64,000 nucleotides of DNA from contig CAZGFL010000029.1 of assembly GCA_964524985.1 (NCBI GenBank), positions 11,283 through 75,282 of the forward strand. The letters run 5' to 3'. This document shows positions 49,175 through 57,751 of this stretch, one piece after another (position 1 is the stretch's first letter; each line of letters opens with the position of its first letter). The position numbers were made by a program, and so were the translations under genes. Source of the DNA: an uncultured Acidobacteriaceae bacterium (GTDB lineage Bacteria; Acidobacteriota; Terriglobia; Acidiferrales; UBA7541). Under the pieces are notes generated by a model. The model was given only the letters and a program-made list of their open reading frames with translations. It was not told the origin of the DNA and did not search any database.

Positions 49175-50128
49175 ATGGCCACTCCCAGCAAAGCCGCTCG
49201 CAACGCGCGACCTGCGAATGATTCTGCGCTGCTCACGAGCCGCGACAACCGCTGGCTTAAAGAATTTCGCATGGCACTGCGAGGCGGGCTGCCGACGGAA
49301 GACGGCTTCGTTGGCGTCGAAGGTGTTCGCCTTGTCGAAGAAGCGCTGCGCTCCGGCTGCCCCATCCAGGCGGTGCTGTTCAGCGAGTCCGGCCAGCGCC
49401 ATCACGATCGCCTTGCGCCCCTGATCGACCGGCCGGAGATTGCCTTCCCCAAGCTCCGCACAACCGACCGGCTCTTCGAGGGCCTGGCCGACACGGAGCA
49501 CCCGCAAGGCATCGCGGCGCTGGTGAAGCCGCGCGAGACTTTCTTCGACGAACTCGTTCGGACGCCGCCTTCAACCTGTGCTCCTCTGCTTGTGGTGCTT
49601 GCGGGCGTGCAGGACCCTGGCAACGTGGGAACGATTCTTCGCACCGCAGCAGCGTTTGGCGCCACTGGCGCCGCCACTGCCGCTTCCGGCGTCAGCGGGA
49701 CCGCGAGCCCGTTTTCGCCGAAGGCGCTGCGCGCCTCCGCCGGCTCCGCCCTTCATCTCCCGATCCTTGCCGGAATGTCGCTGCCAATTCTCCTGACGCA
49801 ATTCAAAGTTGCCGGCATTCGCACTCTGGCCTCCAGCGTCCACGAAAAGGCCGCCTCTTCTTCTTCGGCTGTAGGGGCGGTGCTTGCCCCGCCCGCTTCG
49901 AGCAATCGCGAATCCCTTCTGGCCCCCTGGGAAGTCGATTGGTGTCAGCCTGTTGCGCTTCTCGTCGGCAACGAAGGCGCAGGCCTCCCCGAAGAAGTCG
50001 AGCGCAGCGCCGACGCTCGCATTCATATTCCCATGGCCAGTGGCGTTGAATCCCTCAACGCCGCTGCCGCCGCCGCTGTCGTCTTCTACGAAGCCGCCCG
50101 CCAGCGCAACTCCAACAAGCCCTTGTAG
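49175..50128 (+). CDS. TrmH/SpoU RNA methyltransferase with an in-frame REP insertion
   Basis: QDPGNVGTILR, VGNEGAGL, IPM..VESLN. Confidence 0.9.
   Translation: MATPSKAARNARPANDSALLTSRDNRWLKEFRMALRGGLPTEDGFVGVEGVRLVEEALRSGCPIQAVLFSESGQRHHDRLAPLIDRPEIAFPKLRTTDRLFEGLADTEHPQGIAALVKPRETFFDELVRTPPSTCAPLLVVLAGVQDPGNVGTILRTAAAFGATGAATAASGVSGTASPFSPKALRASAGSALHLPILAGMSLPILLTQFKVAGIRTLASSVHEKAASSSSAVGAVLAPPASSNRESLLAPWEVDWCQPVALLVGNEGAGLPEEVERSADARIHIPMASGVESLNAAAAAAVVFYEAARQRNSNKPL
49871..49894 (+). repeat. GTAG-type REP, in-frame inside the TrmH gene
   Basis: gtag-gggcgg-tgcttgcc-ccgccc. Confidence 0.7.
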
Positions 50129-50168
50129 CGAGCGACCCGCCTTGCCGCAGGCAGGCTTTGCCTCGTTC
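50125..50168 (+). repeat. GTAG-type REP interrupted by a CCTGCCGCAGGCAGG-type element
   Basis: gtagcgagcga[cccgccttgccgcaggcag]gctttgcctcgttcg. Confidence 0.65.
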
Positions 50169-50335
50169 GTGCTTTTGGTTCTCTGAATGTCTTCGCGGTG
50201 GCCTGCTGCCCAGCCGCGGTGTCCCCGTTGGCCTCATGCCCCTCTTCAATAAGCACTAACCACTGACCACTGCCTTTTCCCAGGCATCCCTCCGTTTCCT
50301 CTTTCCCGTCAAACGATTTAGACTCAAGGTGGCCC

Positions 50336-51688
50336 ATGAGCCTCTTCTCCAAATTGCCCGCCCCGGCTGAGCCAAGCGTGCCCGCCGCCAACCAGCCGCT
50401 CGCCGAGCGCATGCGCCCTCGCACGCTCGACGAATTCATTGGCCAGGAAAAGCTTCTCGGCCCCGGCAAACCCCTGCGCATGCAAATCGAAAGCGACAAC
50501 ACCGGCTCTATGCTCTTCTGGGGCCCACCCGGCTGCGGCAAAACTACGCTCGCGCGCCTAATCGCGCGTTTGACCCGCTCCGAATTTGTCTCCTTCAGCG
50601 CCGTGCTCGCCGGCATCAAGGAAATCAAGGAAGTTATGGCCGCCGCCGAATACAAATCCCGCTCCGGCCACCGCACCATCGTCTTTGTCGACGAAGTCCA
50701 CCGCTTCAACAAAGCCCAGCAGGACGCCTTTCTCCCCTACGTCGAAGCCGGCCACATCACCTTCATCGGTGCGACCACCGAGAATCCCTCCTTTGAAGTC
50801 ATCTCTCCCCTGCTCTCCCGCACTAAGGTTTACGTCCTTGAAGCGCTCACCACGCCGCAAATTGTCGAACTCTTGCGCCGCGCCCTCGCCGCCAAAGAGC
50901 ACGGCTTCGGCAACGAGGCCATTGAAGTTCCCGACGACCTTTTGTTCCGCATCGCTTCTTTCGCCAACGGCGATGCTCGCGCCGCCTACAACACCCTCGA
51001 GCTGGCCGTCAAAAGCGTCCATGCCAAGAAAGGCGCCGCGCGCGTCATCACTCCCCAACTTCTCGAAGACGTCCTCCAGCGCAAACTTCTCCGCTACGAC
51101 AAAGCCGGCGAAGAGCACTTCAACCTCATCTCCGCGCTCCACAAATCCGTCCGCAACTCCGACCCCGACGCCGCGCTCTACTGGCTCGCCCGCATGATCG
51201 AATCCGGCGAAGACCCGCTCTACCTTGCCCGCCGCATGGTGCGCATGGCCAGCGAAGACATCGGCCTCGCCGAACCCAACGCTCTCGCCGTCACCCTCGC
51301 CGCCAAAGACGCCTTCGACTTCCTCGGCGCGCCCGAGGGGCATCTCGCCCTCGCGCAGGCCGCCGTCTATCTTTCGCTCGCGCCCAAATCCAACGCCGTC
51401 TACACCGCCTACGGCTCCGTCATCGACGACGTCCACAAGACCGAGGCCGACCCCGTTCCGCTGCATCTCCGCAACGCCGTCACCGGCCTGATGAAAAACA
51501 TCGGCTACGGCGAAGGCTACAAATACGCGCACAATTTCGACGACAAGCTCACCGACATGCCCTGCCTCCCCGACAATCTCGCCGGCCGCACCTACTACCA
51601 GCCCACCGACCAGGGCTTCGAGCAGCGCCTCCGCCTTCGCCTCGACGAAATTCGTAAGCTAAAATCCAAATCGGCTCGTGAAACCTGA
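50336..51688 (+). CDS. rarA: Replication-associated recombination protein A
   Basis: PLAERMRP, WGPPGCGKTT, DEVHRF, ATTENP, SALHKS, ASEDIG. Confidence 0.96.
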   Translation: MSLFSKLPAPAEPSVPAANQPLAERMRPRTLDEFIGQEKLLGPGKPLRMQIESDNTGSMLFWGPPGCGKTTLARLIARLTRSEFVSFSAVLAGIKEIKEVMAAAEYKSRSGHRTIVFVDEVHRFNKAQQDAFLPYVEAGHITFIGATTENPSFEVISPLLSRTKVYVLEALTTPQIVELLRRALAAKEHGFGNEAIEVPDDLLFRIASFANGDARAAYNTLELAVKSVHAKKGAARVITPQLLEDVLQRKLLRYDKAGEEHFNLISALHKSVRNSDPDAALYWLARMIESGEDPLYLARRMVRMASEDIGLAEPNALAVTLAAKDAFDFLGAPEGHLALAQAAVYLSLAPKSNAVYTAYGSVIDDVHKTEADPVPLHLRNAVTGLMKNIGYGEGYKYAHNFDDKLTDMPCLPDNLAGRTYYQPTDQGFEQRLRLRLDEIRKLKSKSARET

Positions 51689-51697
51689 GGTGACCCG

Positions 51698-52609
51698 ATG
51701 AAGCGTCTGTCTCTCCTTCTCGCCTTCATTCTCTGCTGCTCCACTGCGCTTGCGCAGGACACGCCTACTCGTCCTAAAATCCTTGGCATCTCCTCTGTTG
51801 GGATTCAAGTCACTGACTACTGCAAAGGCATCGATTTCTACTCGCGAGTTCTTGGATCAACACTCAGTAATGCGGTGGAGTGCCCTCCACCAGGGCAGAC
51901 TGTAACCCACTATGGCATGGGACTCAGACTTCGTGGCAACCAACAGATAAATCTGGGATCTTTCGGCACTCCGGATCCGAGCAAGTTGGTTATCGATTTC
52001 GGATTCTTCACCGACGATCTCCAGGGAATGCTCAAGTACTTTAAGGCCCAGGGAATTGAAGTCATGCCGGGAGGCAAGTACGGACTCTCGATCATTTCCA
52101 TAAAGGACCCAGAGGGGCATCGAATCGCCTTCTTCGAGGAACCGCGCAACCAAAATCGCTCTATAAAGAGCGGTGCGCCACAAAGAATTATTCATGTCGG
52201 GTTCGTCGTTGAAAACAGAGAAAATATGGATCATTTCTACAAAGACATCCTCGGGTTCCGCCCTTACTGGCACGGCGGCATGAAGGACGACAAGGACGAC
52301 TGGGTCGCTATGCAAGTCCCTGACGGCACGGACTGGGTCGAGTACATGCTCAACATTCCGCTCGACGCCGACAAAAAACTCCTTGGGGTCATGAACCACA
52401 TCGCCCTGGGCGTCACCGACATCCAAGCGGCCAAAGCCCAACTCCTGAAAAACGGCGCCACGCTTACCGAAGAGCCCAAGCTCGGCCGCGACGGCAAGTG
52501 GCAGCTCAATCTCTACGATCCGGACTTCACCCGCATCGAATTCATGGAGTTCACTCCCAAGGAGAAGCCCTGCTGCTCCGAATTCACCGGCCCGCATCCC
52601 AAACCATGA
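51698..52609 (+). CDS. Exported two-domain VOC/glyoxalase family protein
   Basis: Signal peptide; KDPEGHRI, IIHVGF, NHIALGV, LYDPD.TRIEFME. Confidence 0.85.
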   Translation: MKRLSLLLAFILCCSTALAQDTPTRPKILGISSVGIQVTDYCKGIDFYSRVLGSTLSNAVECPPPGQTVTHYGMGLRLRGNQQINLGSFGTPDPSKLVIDFGFFTDDLQGMLKYFKAQGIEVMPGGKYGLSIISIKDPEGHRIAFFEEPRNQNRSIKSGAPQRIIHVGFVVENRENMDHFYKDILGFRPYWHGGMKDDKDDWVAMQVPDGTDWVEYMLNIPLDADKKLLGVMNHIALGVTDIQAAKAQLLKNGATLTEEPKLGRDGKWQLNLYDPDFTRIEFMEFTPKEKPCCSEFTGPHPKP

Positions 52610-53901
52610 CCTCGCAGAATGCGCCTCCAGCATCGTGTGCGTCCGCAGGCTCAGACCGTGTAGGGGCGCGCTTTAGCGCGTCCCCTCCGCCGTTCGCTGC
52701 TGGGTGCCCTGCACGCCGCTGGAGTCAACCCCGACCGGGTCGGGGCGTGTGGGGATTTCTTTCTGGTGCGGGTTTTTCTTCTCTGCGAACTCTGTGCCTC
52801 TTCCTCTGTGCTCTCTGTGTCACATCTTTTCTCTTTCTTTCGTCCGCCCGCGCCCAAAACCTCGACAAACCCATCCAATCCATCGACGAAGAAATCACCG
52901 CCTTCGGCCTCGGCCCCGACGGCCGTATCGCTTACTCTGTCTACCACAACTTCAAAACCAAGAAGTACGACCTCGAACACGATGACCTGTGGATGCAGGA
53001 CCCCGGCGGCAAGCGCCGGCGCATTCTCGAAGGCCAGAAGTTCACCCGCGGCAACCAGCTCTTCAGCTACCTCGTCGACTCCTTCCGTTGGTCCCCTGAC
53101 GGCCGCATCCTTCTCGTTCAGTTGATGATCACTACCGTCGACGAAAGCGACAACGCCGCCAACGGCGTCCAGACACTGCTCTTCGACGACTCTGGCCGCG
53201 AAATTCGCATCAACAAAGGCGAGAACTTCATTTCCGACGCCGCCGACGCTGCCTTCCTCCCCGACAACTCCACCATCGCCTATCTTTCGCAGGCCAACAA
53301 AGCGCTTCCGCTCTTTTCCCTGAAGTTCACGAGGCTTTCTAGCGGCTCGATTCCCTCGCCCTACGAGGGCCGTACTTTCCGCGACGTGGCCTATGTGCCG
53401 CGCATGAATTTCGCCATCGCCGTCGAGCAGGATCACGCCATGACCGGCCCGCCGCGCCTCCAAAGCCTCGACCTCATCAGCGACGCCAACAAGGAGCTCG
53501 CCACGCTCGACGGCTACGAGGGCGGCCTCACCATCTCGCCTTCCGGGAAGAAAGTCGCCTACTTCATCGACAAGGAGGTTCTCGAAGTCCGCAGCCTGGC
53601 GAATCCGAATCTCGTCTCTCGCGCGCGCATCGGTCTTGGCATCTTTCGCTGGGCTCCCGACGAGAACCGCATCCTTCTCAAGCGCGCGCCGGAGAAAAAA
53701 TCCGGTGACCTCGTCTGGATCGATCTCCCGCCGCTCGCCGCGGTAAAACCCGGCAGTGAAGTCCCCGTTCCCCAGCCCGATCCCATCTCTCTTTTTCACG
53801 GCCTCAGCTTCCGCGAATTTTCCATCTCCGCCGATGGCCGTCTCCTCGGCGTCGTCGTCCCTGGCAAGCGCAACCTCCTCTTCTTCCCCCTCTCCCGCTG
53901 A
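52606..53901 (+). CDS. Exported TolB-like beta-propeller protein with a repeat-derived N-terminus
   Basis: ATGA overlap with the upstream gene; WSPDGR, ISPSGK, WAPDE, ISADGR blades. Confidence 0.75.
   Translation: MTSQNAPPASCASAGSDRVGARFSASPPPFAAGCPARRWSQPRPGRGVWGFLSGAGFSSLRTLCLFLCALCVTSFLFLSSARAQNLDKPIQSIDEEITAFGLGPDGRIAYSVYHNFKTKKYDLEHDDLWMQDPGGKRRRILEGQKFTRGNQLFSYLVDSFRWSPDGRILLVQLMITTVDESDNAANGVQTLLFDDSGREIRINKGENFISDAADAAFLPDNSTIAYLSQANKALPLFSLKFTRLSSGSIPSPYEGRTFRDVAYVPRMNFAIAVEQDHAMTGPPRLQSLDLISDANKELATLDGYEGGLTISPSGKKVAYFIDKEVLEVRSLANPNLVSRARIGLGIFRWAPDENRILLKRAPEKKSGDLVWIDLPPLAAVKPGSEVPVPQPDPISLFHGLSFREFSISADGRLLGVVVPGKRNLLFFPLSR
52660..52684 (+). repeat. GTAG-type REP (in-frame)
   Basis: gtaggggcgcgctttagcgcgtccc; identical to 53925-53949. 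Confidence 0.85.
52781..52822 (+). repeat. CTCTGTG-type degenerate tandem repeat (in-frame)
   Basis: ctctgcgaactctgtgcctcttcctctgtgctctctgtg; similar at about 54071-54110, 55993-56030 and inverted at 63848-63893. Confidence 0.75.
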
Positions 53902-53924
53902 CGTGGCCCACATCCGAGCGCGGT

Positions 53925-53949
53925 GTAGGGGCGCGCTTTAGCGCGTCCC
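53925..53949 (+). repeat. GTAG-type REP
   Basis: gtaggggcgcgctttagcgcgtccc. Confidence 0.85.
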
Positions 53950-54139
53950 CTCTTTTCTTATGGCCCCCCGCTGCTGCCTTCCACGGCGGAATCTCCACTG
54001 TGCTTCGTGTTTTTATCTTCGGCCATTCGACGCGGCCGGCCTGCGTAGAGAGAAATCTCTCTTCTTTGCGTTCTCAGTGCTCCGGGCTCTGTGTCCTCTG
54101 CGTTAATTCTTTCCTTTTCCTTTCACGGTTGCCTCAAAA

Positions 54140-54169
54140 CAAAAAGCCCGCGCCATCTTCGCGCGGGCT
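54140..54169 (-). terminator. Intrinsic terminator after the hisC / CoA-binding genes
   Basis: Minus strand agcccgcgc-gaagatg-gcgcgggct followed by a T run. Confidence 0.7.
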
Positions 54170-54187
54170 CTGCTTCTTCAAGGTTTT

Positions 54188-54219
54188 TCACGAGTCACAA
54201 GTCACGAGTCACCAGTCAC
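54188..54219 (+). repeat. 7-bp tandem repeat (TCACNAG)n
   Basis: tcacgag tcacaag tcacgag tcaccag tcac. Confidence 0.8.
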
Positions 54220-54653
54220 GCCCTCTTCTTGTGCTCGATCAAAATGCATGCATCCTCGACCACCGCCAATCCCGCCGCTCGCGCCCTCTCCGCCGCGTCG
54301 GTATGCGCAATCCCCAACTGCATCCACACCACCTTCGCTCCCGCGCGAATCGCGCTCTCCACCACCGGCGCTACCTCTTCCACTCGTCGGAAAATATCCA
54401 CAATCTCAATCTTCTCCGGCACCTCTTCCAGCCGCGCGTAACTCTTCTCTCCCAGCACTTCGCTCTCGTTCGGATTCACCGGAATAATCCGATAGCCCGC
54501 GCTTTGCATGTATTCCGTCACGCCAAAGCTCGGCCGCATGGGATTCGACGACAATCCCACCACGGCAATCGTTTTGTACCTTTTCAGGATTTCCGCAATC
54601 GGGTCCGTTCCTTGCGCCGCAAGGTCCGAACCCTCGGGAAGGAGCACCTTCAT
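54216..54653 (-). CDS. CoA-binding protein (YccU-like)
   Basis: IAVVGLS..P.RPS, IIPVNP, VDIFR, VWMQLG. Confidence 0.9.
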   Translation of the reverse strand: MKVLLPEGSDLAAQGTDPIAEILKRYKTIAVVGLSSNPMRPSFGVTEYMQSAGYRIIPVNPNESEVLGEKSYARLEEVPEKIEIVDIFRRVEEVAPVVESAIRAGAKVVWMQLGIAHTDAAERARAAGLAVVEDACILIEHKKRA

Positions 54654-54692
54654 TGTCGAGCCAGTTCGCCCTTGTGAGGCCGCCCGCTCGGC

Positions 54693-54722
54693 TTTTGGAG
54701 TGCGGCGGCTTGACGCCGCTTT
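54693..54722 (+). repeat. GGAG-tagged REP-like palindrome
   Basis: ttttggagtgcggcggcttgacgccgcttt; identical to 56965-56994. Confidence 0.85.
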
Positions 54723-54759
54723 CTCTGCGCCGAAGCTTGCTTCGGCGTCTCTTTTATAG

Positions 54760-55923
54760 TCATCGCGTCGCCAGCTCACCCTTGTTCAACGCTGTAGGGG
54801 CGCGCTTCAGCGCTTCCCAGCCTCTCTTCTTCAGCACTTTCTCCAACGCTTTGAACAACTTGTCGTTTTCTTCCCTCGTCCCCACCGAAATTCGGATCGC
54901 TTCTGGGAATCCCATCCAGCCAAGCGGCCGCACGATCACGCCTTCGCGCAACAATTCATCGCACAGCGCCTTCGCCTCCGGCCCCGCCTCCACAAACACA
55001 AAATTCGTTTCACTCTTCACGGGGAGCAGTCCCAGCTTCTCCACTTCTTCGCAGATACGCTTGCGCTCCACGCGATTTGCCGCGATGCACCGCTCCACGT
55101 GCTCGTGATCGTCCAATGCCGCCAGCGCCGCTGCCTGCGCCACTCCCGACACGTTAAACGGCGTGCGCAGCTTGTTCATCGCCGCCACCAGCGGCGCTTG
55201 CCCGATTCCATACCCAATGCGCATCCCCGCCATCCCGTACACCTTCGAGAAAGTCCTCAGGATCAACAGGTTCTTGCGCAGTTGGAACAATTCCACCGAG
55301 CGCGGCATGTCCGCGCGCTCCGCATAATGGATGTAAGCCTCGTCCAAAACAACCAGCGTGTCGCTCGCCACATGGCTGAGAAATCGCTCGAACTCTTCCG
55401 CGCCAAACGCCGTCCCCGTCGGATTGTTGGGATTCGCCAGATAAATCACTCGCACCGCGTGTGTGATCGCCTGCGCCATTTCTGGAAGGTCGAACTTGAA
55501 CCCGCAAAGCGGCACTTGTTCCAGCGCCGCCCCGCTCGCGCGGATCGCCGTCGAAAACGGCGCGTATGTCCCTTCTGCCGTCAGCCCAATCCTTCCCGGC
55601 CCCAGCAGTACGCGCGCCGCGACGTCGATGATCTCGCTTGACCCCAGCCCCACAAAAATCTCATCGGGCGACACTCCGTGCATCCCCGCAATCTTTTCCC
55701 GCAGCCGCAGCGTTCCCCCGTCCGGATAGCGGTGCGATTCAGACAGTACGGCCCTCGCTGCTTCCATCGCCTTTGGCGACGGTCCCAGCGGATTCTCGTT
55801 CGACGCCAGCTTCACCGCGTGGATCTTCAGCTCACGTTCGACTTCTTCAATTGGTTTTCCGGGAACGTAAACGGGCAGCCCGCGAATGTATTCCGGTATC
55901 AGCTCTTCAATCGTCTTCGTCAT
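54760..55923 (-). CDS. hisC: Histidinol-phosphate aminotransferase
   Basis: KLASNENPLG, NPNNPTG, DEAY, RTFSKVYGMAG.RIG. Confidence 0.94.
   Translation of the reverse strand: MTKTIEELIPEYIRGLPVYVPGKPIEEVERELKIHAVKLASNENPLGPSPKAMEAARAVLSESHRYPDGGTLRLREKIAGMHGVSPDEIFVGLGSSEIIDVAARVLLGPGRIGLTAEGTYAPFSTAIRASGAALEQVPLCGFKFDLPEMAQAITHAVRVIYLANPNNPTGTAFGAEEFERFLSHVASDTLVVLDEAYIHYAERADMPRSVELFQLRKNLLILRTFSKVYGMAGMRIGYGIGQAPLVAAMNKLRTPFNVSGVAQAAALAALDDHEHVERCIAANRVERKRICEEVEKLGLLPVKSETNFVFVEAGPEAKALCDELLREGVIVRPLGWMGFPEAIRISVGTREENDKLFKALEKVLKKRGWEALKRAPTALNKGELATR
54794..54818 (+). repeat. GTAG-type REP within the hisC 3' end
   Basis: gtaggggcgcgcttcagcgcttccc; encodes WEALKRAPT on the minus strand. 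Confidence 0.8.
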
Positions 55924-55942
55924 TGTGTCTACACCGCCCACC

Positions 55943-55969
55943 CGTCATTCCGAGCGAAGCGAGGAATCT
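55943..55969 (+). repeat. GTCAT-type REP-like palindrome
   Basis: cgtcattccgagcgaagcgaggaatct. Confidence 0.85.
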
Positions 55970-56148
55970 CTCTTTCTTTTTCCTCTCCCTGCCCTCTGTG
56001 CTCTTCGCTTCTGTGCCCTCTGTGTTAATTCTTTTTCTTCTTTGTCTCGCGTCCACGACTCTACTTATTCTCGCACCTTCCCTTACTTTCCGCTCTTCCC
56101 TACTGGACCGTTTGCCCCACCCGTCAAGCCCATTTGGCTCTGCTCTTA

Positions 56149-56195
56149 TCCTCTACCTCCTCTACCTCCTCTACTTCCTCTACCTCCTTAACTTC
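56149..56195 (+). repeat. 9-bp tandem repeat (TCCTCTACY)n
   Basis: About 5 units; related arrays at 57160-57198, 57740-57772, 59617-59655 (inverted) and 59711-59753. Confidence 0.8.
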
Positions 56196-56922
56196 ACCTA
56201 GCAGCTTGTTTCAATTTCTCAATCTCACTCAAGGACAGGGCCCGCAACTTCCCCGGCGCCACATCCAGCTTCAGCGGCCCAATTTGTACCCGCTTTATCT
56301 TCTCCACGCGGTATCCCACGCGTTCGAACATTCTTCGGATTTGCCGGTTCCTTCCTTCGATTAGCACCACCTCGTACCACGGATTGGCGGCATCTTCCGC
56401 TAGTCTTATTCTCGCTGGCGACGTTTTCACCTTCCGCCCGTCTTCCAACTCGATCATGACTCCCGCGCGAAGCTGCTCGATATCCTTCTCTCGCGGCTTT
56501 CCGCTCACCTTCACAAGATACGTCTTTGGCAGGTGCGAGCCAGCCTTCATCAGCTTCGCCGCCAACTCGCCGTCGTTCGTCATCAGCAGCAAGCCCTCGC
56601 TCGCATAATCCAATCTCCCCACCGGGTACACGCGCGCGCCGTCTTTCGGCAACAAATCCATTACCGTGGGCCGCCCCTCCGGGTCGGTGACCGTAGTCAC
56701 GTAGCCTTTGGGCTTGTACACCGCGAAGTAGACATGTTTCTGCGCGCCGCCAATCCGTTTCCCATCGACGCAAATCTCGTCCTGCTCCGGGTCCGCCTTC
56801 GTCCCCTGCTCCAGCACGACCTTCCTGTTGAGCGTCACGCGCCCCGCCGCGATGATCTCTTCCGCCTTGCGCCGCGACGCAATCCCACTCGCCGCCATGA
56901 TTTTCTGCAATCGTTCCTTCAT
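56194..56922 (-). CDS. rluB: Pseudouridine synthase, RluB/RsuA family (intact active site)
   Basis: S4 domain ERLQK..ASRRKAE, YKPKG, YPVGRLDY, EGRNRQIRRM; alternative in-frame ATG at 57024. Confidence 0.9.
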   Translation of the reverse strand: MKERLQKIMAASGIASRRKAEEIIAAGRVTLNRKVVLEQGTKADPEQDEICVDGKRIGGAQKHVYFAVYKPKGYVTTVTDPEGRPTVMDLLPKDGARVYPVGRLDYASEGLLLMTNDGELAAKLMKAGSHLPKTYLVKVSGKPREKDIEQLRAGVMIELEDGRKVKTSPARIRLAEDAANPWYEVVLIEGRNRQIRRMFERVGYRVEKIKRVQIGPLKLDVAPGKLRALSLSEIEKLKQAAR

Positions 56923-56964
56923 CCCTGCTTTTCCCGCATAGTGGCCGGTTTTCAGACCGGTGAT

Positions 56965-56995
56965 TTTTGGAGTGCGGCGGCTTGACGCCGCTTTT
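56965..56995 (+). repeat. GGAG-tagged REP-like palindrome
   Basis: ttttggagtgcggcggcttgacgccgctttt. Confidence 0.85.
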
Positions 56996-57057
56996 CTTCC
57001 TACATCACGCAATCGTTCCTGCATGTTTTGGGCGCTTGCTGAGCTCGGGACTCTTTT

Positions 57058-57134
57058 GTAGGGGCACGATATATTGTGCCCTTCTTTTCTTCCTTGGTCT
57101 TTTTCTGTGTAGGGGCGCGGAACCGCTACCGCGC
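57058..57134 (+). repeat. Two tandem GTAG-type REPs
   Basis: gtaggggcacgatatattgtgccc and gtaggggcgcggaaccgctaccgcgc. Confidence 0.75.
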
Positions 57135-57247
57135 TTCACCTGCCAATGTTTCCCTGTTTTCCTTTACTTCCTCTATTTCCTTTACTTCCTTAACCTCCAC
57201 CTGTAGCTCCAAGCCCTTAGGCCTGAGGAATCGTGGCAAGGCGTCTG

Positions 57248-57568
57248 CTACTCCGCCATCTTCGCCATCTTTGCCACGTCCTCGCCTGCCACCAGCAGGA
57301 ATTCATTTCTGCCTCCCGCAATCCGGCGTTGCCGGTACGGCCTGTACTCTTCGCTGTCATAAAAAGCCTCTGCCGACTCTTTCGTGGGCCATTCGATGAT
57401 CAAAACAATCTGCGGCACCTTTCGCTCGCCTTCAATCTTCTCCACCTTGGACGTGCGCGCCAAATACCTCCCGCCGCTTCGTTCTACCATTCCAGTTACA
57501 TTCTTGACGTAGTCCCCTACCCAACTCTGGTCCGTTATCTCGAGTTCAGCAACCGAGTAATACTTCAC
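57248..57568 (-). CDS. DUF1330 family protein
   Basis: GGRYLAR, IIEWPT.E.A..FY.S.EY. Confidence 0.8.
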   Translation of the reverse strand: MKYYSVAELEITDQSWVGDYVKNVTGMVERSGGRYLARTSKVEKIEGERKVPQIVLIIEWPTKESAEAFYDSEEYRPYRQRRIAGGRNEFLLVAGEDVAKMAKMAE

Positions 57569-57628
57569 GTGAAATTCTCCTCTCCCGACTAAGGGCGAGT
57601 CCGCTCACTTGGCGCAACGAAAAAATCT

Positions 57629-57690
57629 TGTCATTCCGACCCGCCTGCCGCAGGCAGGCGTAGTGTCATTCCGAGCGCAGCGAGGAATCC
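57629..57690 (+). repeat. Tandem TGTCAT repeats, the first interrupted by a CCTGCCGCAGGCAGG element
   Basis: tgtcattccga[cccgcctgccgcaggcag]gcgtag tgtcattccgagcgcagcgaggaatcc. Confidence 0.8.
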
Positions 57691-57751
57691 CGGCTTGATC
57701 GCACCCATCCCCATTCGATGGGATTTGCCTGAATCCTTCCTCTCCTTTACT

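Noticed and set aside
54654-54779. N-terminal extension of the CoA-binding ORF
   Set aside because: It consists largely of translated GGAG REP and overlaps hisC; the ATG at 54653 is more plausible.
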